Origin: Candidatus Poribacteria bacterium
GTDB taxonomy: Bacteria; Poribacteria; WGA-4E; WGA-3G
NCBI GenBank assembly: GCA_965198235.1
Contig: OZ240248.1
Span: 4,768,001 to 4,832,000, forward strand
Reading direction: 5' to 3'
DNA length: 64,000 nucleotides
Of the stretch, positions 59,416 through 64,000 are shown piece after piece (the first letter of the stretch is position 1; each line of letters starts with the position of its first letter). Under the pieces are notes generated by a model. The model was not told where the DNA came from. It saw only the letters and a list, made by a program, of their open reading frames with translations, and did not search any database. The position numbers were made by a program, and so were the translations under genes.

Positions 59416-61275
59416 ATGCGTATCAAAAGACTTTCAGGTGCACTTGTGGTCTCAGTCGTGTGCCACATCGTTGTTGTTATTATTGCCGGTTTCCATTTGG
59501 TAGCACAAGACCGTCAGTTCAAAGAACTTCTTGGGACAGAATTTGTTTTATTTCCAGAAGTACCGAAACCGAAGGTACGTAAACCGGTTATCGAATCTGT
59601 GATTAAGTGGTCGGACATCCACGCTAATGCACCAAACGTACTACCAAACGCTAAGGACATTATGTTTCAAAGACCCCCTGGGTTAGGAATGATTCAGAAT
59701 GCCGGTGAGGCACGGGACCAACTCGAACCGGTTGTTGAAAACATGGTACTCGGTAATGTTAAAGTACCAGAACGACATCCTCCGAGAGGCGAGGCAGCTC
59801 GCGCCGTTGTCGTGACACGTAAACACCTCGGCAGTAGTGGAGTCCTGCCACCTCAGATGTTGAACCCGCCGAACGGTGCCGCCTATGATGATGTCTTCTT
59901 CAAAGGTTCTGGCACCAATCCGTTCATCGATACAGAAGATGATGCGTTTTCGACGTTTGGCATGGATGTAGATACCGCTTCATATACTGTCACGCGGCGT
60001 TACCTCCGAGATGGCATCCTCCCACCCTCAGAAGCGGTACGCGTTGAAGACTTTGTCAATGCCTTTGATTACAATTACACACCCCCATCGGACGAAGCAT
60101 TCGCCGTCCATCTTGAGGGTGCTCCTTCAAAGTTTGGTGAAGGCAAACGTCTCCAATTACTGCACATCGGCATTCAAGGTCGTATCATTCCAGACACTGA
60201 CCGAAAGAATGCAATACTCACTTTTGTGATTGATGTCTCCGGCTCAATGCGTATGGAAAATCGGTTGGGGTTGGTAAAACGAGCGTTAACCCTTTTGGTC
60301 GGGCAGCTCCGTCCTGAGGACAAGATAGGTATTGTCGTTTACGGTTCCAATGCTCGGGTGATCCTGCCACATACCAGTATTGTCAATCGGGAGCACATCT
60401 TAACCGCAATCCATGCCCTTGCGCCAGAAGGAGCAACGAATGCAGAGGCAGGGCTCCGAATGGGATATAAACTCGCCCTCCAGAATTCAAAGCCCGATTG
60501 CATCAACCGCGTGATTCTGTGTTCCGATGGTGTTGCGAATGTCGGACAAACCGGTTCCGATGGAATTCTCAAAGAGATTCGCACTTATGTTGAGGATGGG
60601 GTAACATTAACAACGGTCGGTTTCGGGATGGGCAATTACAACGATATCCTCATGGAGGAGCTCGCAAACAACGGCAACGGTAGTTATGCCTACGTTGATA
60701 CACTCAGCGAAGCGAAGCGGATCTTTGTAGAGAATCTGACTAGCACACTACAAGTCATTGCGAAAGATGCCAAAATTCAGGTCGAGTTTAACCCGGAAAC
60801 CGTTAGTCGGTTTCGGTTGCTGGGATATGAAAACCGAAGACTCGCGCATGAAGACTTCCGTAATGATGCTGTGGATGCGGGTGAAGTCGGTGCGGGGCAT
60901 AGTGTTACCGCACTTTATGAGATTAAACTTCACGAAAATGCTGTCGGAAAACTCGTCACGGTCTCTATCCGGCATGAAGATCCGGACACAGGACGTGTGA
61001 CGGAGGTGAATGAATCTATCTCCACAGATGCCTTGAAGGGTACATTTGAAGAGACAACATCGGCATTCCAACTGGCTGCTTCTGTTGCGGAGTTCGCCGA
61101 AATCCTGCGAGGCAGCTTCTGGGCACAGGAAGGAAGTTTAGAACTTGTGCGTGAAGCACTTGAAGGTGTCTTGCCGCACATCGATGCGAAAACTCGGGAA
61201 CATAGGGGGAGGAACGAAGAGTTGCTCGGTCTTGTACGTAAAGCACACCGCCTTAAAGAACAACAGGAAGGATAG
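59416..61275 (+). CDS. vWA-domain protein (YfbK-like, DUF3520)
   Basis: 'STFGMDVDTASY', MIDAS motif 'DVSGS', 'SDGVAN', 'RLLGYENR'. Confidence 0.9.
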   Translation: MRIKRLSGALVVSVVCHIVVVIIAGFHLVAQDRQFKELLGTEFVLFPEVPKPKVRKPVIESVIKWSDIHANAPNVLPNAKDIMFQRPPGLGMIQNAGEARDQLEPVVENMVLGNVKVPERHPPRGEAARAVVVTRKHLGSSGVLPPQMLNPPNGAAYDDVFFKGSGTNPFIDTEDDAFSTFGMDVDTASYTVTRRYLRDGILPPSEAVRVEDFVNAFDYNYTPPSDEAFAVHLEGAPSKFGEGKRLQLLHIGIQGRIIPDTDRKNAILTFVIDVSGSMRMENRLGLVKRALTLLVGQLRPEDKIGIVVYGSNARVILPHTSIVNREHILTAIHALAPEGATNAEAGLRMGYKLALQNSKPDCINRVILCSDGVANVGQTGSDGILKEIRTYVEDGVTLTTVGFGMGNYNDILMEELANNGNGSYAYVDTLSEAKRIFVENLTSTLQVIAKDAKIQVEFNPETVSRFRLLGYENRRLAHEDFRNDAVDAGEVGAGHSVTALYEIKLHENAVGKLVTVSIRHEDPDTGRVTEVNESISTDALKGTFEETTSAFQLAASVAEFAEILRGSFWAQEGSLELVREALEGVLPHIDAKTREHRGRNEELLGLVRKAHRLKEQQEG

Positions 61276-61354
61276 CATGTTTTGACTGGGCGATTTCAGT
61301 TCTCGCTTTTCCGCAAGCTAAATCGCCCTGTACTACAAAGCCACTCAGTTTTTC

Positions 61355-62791
61355 TTATTGACGAAACGGCTTTTTCAGTTGCGTCTGCACAAGCCACTCT
61401 AAAATTTGCAGGCGTAACGCCGTTTCAACGTCCGCAACTTCAGGTCTACCGGCGAGGTTCTGTCCCTCATTCGGGTCGTTCTGCACATCAAATAGAAGAT
61501 AAACTTCACCCTTCGCGTTGAGTGCTATCTTCCACTCCTGATTTAAGAGCATAATCTCGCCCTCTATCTCCGAAATTGCAAATTCACGATGTGTCGCTTC
61601 AGGTTGCGTTAGCACTGGACACAACGATTTTCCGAATTGACGATGCTCCAATTCACCACCAGCCAATTCAACGAGCGTCGGACCGATGTCAATCCATTCC
61701 ACTGGACTCTCACAAATTGTTCCTGTGGGAGGGGTTTGTAACCCCGATGTGTCGCGCCTTCCTGTGGGAGGGGTTTGTAACCCCGATGTCTTAGGAATTC
61801 GCACGAGTAGCGGCACCCGAACGGCACCGTTGAGGAAGTTACTCTTATAGATAAGTCCATAGTCCCCGTTCATTTCACCGTGGTCGGAGGTGTGGACGAT
61901 GATTGTATTTTCAAGTTCGCCGCGTGCCTCGATTGTGTCAAGAATTTCGCCAATCTGTGCATCGATGAGCGTCACGTTGCCTGCATAATTCGCTCGGAGC
62001 CTCCCTATTTCGCCGGGTTCAAACGTCGGGTTCACCCTCTGCATCAGTCTGTCCAAATATCCTTTGGGACGTTCTCCGGCGGATGGACACCGGATTGCAG
62101 GTGGCATGTCTTCAGGATCGTACATGCTGGCGTAAGGTTCCGGTGTATCCCACGGTTCATGCGGTCCACCGAAACTAACCCAACAACACCAAGGTTCGTC
62201 CCGTTCATAGTTCTGGATGTATTGTTTTGCCTGTTGTCCGACGTAGACATCGGCGTAATCTTCGAGTCCTAACGTTGATGGACGAACGAGATGCGGTTTT
62301 GTGCTGAACCGTTCGCGATAATCGGCGCGATAAGCCTCCCATAATCCTTTTTCTTCCCACTCTGCCGTCATGTGAGACAAGACATTCGCACTTGCCCGCG
62401 GTCCACCGATTTCGTTCACATCGTCCAACCCATAGGCATTCATTAAACCCTCGCGTTCGCGGAGATCGCCGTTGTGCGGGTGGAGGTGCGTTTTACCAAA
62501 AAGACTTGTCCGATATCCAGCATCGCGCACTGCTTGCATCCAAGTCGGTGTTTCGGCAGGCATCTGATGGTTCATGTTGTTCCAGACATCGGTGTTGTGG
62601 GGATACAAACCTGTCGCCAGACTGAGTCGCGTCGGGATACAGACCGGCGATGTGGTGACACAGTTGGTGAATCGGAGACCTTCACTTGCAATCCGATCCA
62701 GATTTGGGGTCTGGACCCAATCGCCACTGCAACCCATTGCGTCCCAACGCTGTTGGTCTGTCATGAGAAAAAGGATGTTCGGAGTTGCCAT
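61355..62791 (-). CDS. Sulfatase (Cys-type, formylglycine-dependent)
   Basis: 'PNILFLMTDQQR', CxPxR motif 'CIPTR', 'GKTH', 'SDHG'. Confidence 0.93.
   Translation of the reverse strand: MATPNILFLMTDQQRWDAMGCSGDWVQTPNLDRIASEGLRFTNCVTTSPVCIPTRLSLATGLYPHNTDVWNNMNHQMPAETPTWMQAVRDAGYRTSLFGKTHLHPHNGDLREREGLMNAYGLDDVNEIGGPRASANVLSHMTAEWEEKGLWEAYRADYRERFSTKPHLVRPSTLGLEDYADVYVGQQAKQYIQNYERDEPWCCWVSFGGPHEPWDTPEPYASMYDPEDMPPAIRCPSAGERPKGYLDRLMQRVNPTFEPGEIGRLRANYAGNVTLIDAQIGEILDTIEARGELENTIIVHTSDHGEMNGDYGLIYKSNFLNGAVRVPLLVRIPKTSGLQTPPTGRRDTSGLQTPPTGTICESPVEWIDIGPTLVELAGGELEHRQFGKSLCPVLTQPEATHREFAISEIEGEIMLLNQEWKIALNAKGEVYLLFDVQNDPNEGQNLAGRPEVADVETALRLQILEWLVQTQLKKPFRQ
61720..61789. repeat. Two tandem REP-like palindromes (39-bp period) in frame inside the sulfatase
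   Basis: ttcctgtgggaggggtttgtaaccccgatgt twice; translated as TSGLQTPPTG twice. Confidence 0.85.
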
Positions 62792-62793
62792 CG

Positions 62794-63636
62794 CTATCCT
62801 CGCTCAATCCCTGCCTCCGTAAAGGCGTTCGCCAGTGTTTCATAGGAGAGTGTCGCGGCAGCAAGGGGATCGTAATCTTCTCTCGCTTGCACCATGAAGC
62901 TTACTTCGGCAGTGATGAATCCGTCATAACCGTGTGCCTGCATCTGCTTAAGGTAGTCGACATAATCAAAAGGACCCTCGCCGGGGATGAGGAACTCGTG
63001 GTCGGGTGCAGTACCGCGCTGGTCCTTGACGTGTGTATGTGCGGATACCGCTGCTAACGCTGACACTGTCTCTTCCGTCGGCATACCGACAATATCGAAA
63101 TGGCTGATGTCGAAGTTAACTTTGAGATACGGTGAGTTGACGATTTCAAGGAGTTCAAGCACCTTCGCAGGCGTATCGATGATCGCACCGATATGGGGTT
63201 CCATTGCGATGGTGACACCGCGTGATGCCCCGTAATCGACGAGCTCTCCCACCCGTTCTGCGAGGAAATCTTTTTTTGTTTCCCACTCTTCTGGCTTTCC
63301 ACCGGGGGTCGTGTTGACAGCGGGTAGTTCGTCTCCTTGTGCGAGTTCGACTGCCAAATCAACGCCGCCTTTCAACCGCCATATATTTTTCGCGTGGACT
63401 TCTGGATCCGTTTCCAACAGACTGGAATGTGCAGCGATTGCTGGCAGTGCCAAGTTATGCTGTTGGAACAGGGATGAAATCCGTTTCCGTTCTGCCGCGT
63501 CAAGCGTGCTGAGTTCGGTCGTAAAGCGTGGAATGATGGTGAGTTCAACGCCATCGTATCCGAGGTTCGCAAGGTGGGAGAGGGCGGTGTCTATAGGGAC
63601 AGTAGGCATACCCCACGTACTATATCCGAGTTTCAT
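62794..63636 (-). CDS. Sugar-phosphate isomerase/epimerase (xylose isomerase-like TIM barrel)
   Basis: 'GYDGVEL', 'MEPH', 'DISH', 'HVKD', 'E'. Confidence 0.88.
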   Translation of the reverse strand: MKLGYSTWGMPTVPIDTALSHLANLGYDGVELTIIPRFTTELSTLDAAERKRISSLFQQHNLALPAIAAHSSLLETDPEVHAKNIWRLKGGVDLAVELAQGDELPAVNTTPGGKPEEWETKKDFLAERVGELVDYGASRGVTIAMEPHIGAIIDTPAKVLELLEIVNSPYLKVNFDISHFDIVGMPTEETVSALAAVSAHTHVKDQRGTAPDHEFLIPGEGPFDYVDYLKQMQAHGYDGFITAEVSFMVQAREDYDPLAAATLSYETLANAFTEAGIERG

Positions 63637-63700
63637 TTTTTAATTATGGCCTCCATTTCATTTCGGGCAGGTTTCTGATTAATTCTAAGCTGGGTTTGTG

Positions 63701-63728
63701 CATCGCGATCGGGAGCTCGCTCCTACAG
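63701..63728 (-). repeat. GTAG-REP variant
   Basis: Minus strand ctgtaggagcgagctcccgatcgcgatg. Confidence 0.6.
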
Positions 63729-63732
63729 CTCG

Positions 63733-64000
63733 TCAAAAAATTGTGCCGAGCCAGTCGTTTAGCAGAAAACCGACGCGGTGAATCAAGAGAGCAACACGCC
63801 CCATTACTGTGTTACCGAACGCTGCTCCGAATCCTATCATGAGAAAGGCAATACCAATTTTTGACAGCCATCTGACAGGTCCCTGGTGCTCCACAGAGAA
63901 AAAGAAATAGATGAGCGTACAAATCAGACCTATGACTATAAGGACTGCTCCGATAATATCCTCAAGGGGCAGCGCACCGGCATGCATTTGCACAAAGGGT
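63733..64000 (-). CDS. 3' end of a membrane protein (truncated by window edge)
   Basis: Hydrophobic helices 'LIYFFFS', 'FLMIGFGAAFGNTVMGR'. Confidence 0.7.
   Translation of the reverse strand, partial: PFVQMHAGALPLEDIIGAVLIVIGLICTLIYFFFSVEHQGPVRWLSKIGIAFLMIGFGAAFGNTVMGRVALLIHRVGFLLNDWLGTIF

Noticed and set aside
1-64000. tRNA, rRNA, prophage or anti-phage defence operon
   Set aside because: No cloverleaf, rRNA-like tract, phage structural gene or recognised defence gene set was seen. A lone Uma2 gene and a wHTH remnant are not sufficient.

Overview
Bacterial chromosomal window with about 50 protein-coding genes and no rRNA, tRNA or CRISPR array that I can see. PhyH-HEAT fusions, Uma2, sulfatase, cohesin/dockerin and LamG proteins, and a recurring C-terminal 'KLxTTWGxIK' tail suggest Candidatus Poribacteria or a relative (inference). 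Housekeeping genes include recJ-rel, rpmB, mtnA and an acetolactate synthase. There are also sugar uptake and kinase genes, an expanded nfeD-nfeD-floA-floA operon and cell-wall recycling genes. Mobile DNA is dense: an IS605-type element whose TnpB has a rearranged RuvC site, an IS607 element with canonical TnpB, an internally deleted IS630, an orphan TnpB omega-RNA/right end, and several REP/MITE-like families. One REP-like palindrome sits in frame inside a sulfatase gene. The best candidates for new biology are: (1) a cold-shock-domain plus tandem Sm/Hfq-like RNA-chaperone fusion with a long structured leader, coupled to a CxxxCxxCC protein; (2) an orphan omega-RNA whose end hairpin matches the resident IS605 element while its scaffold resembles that of the IS607 TnpB; (3) a putative C-terminal sorting signal shared by unrelated secreted proteins. 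All calls were made by eye, without database searches.
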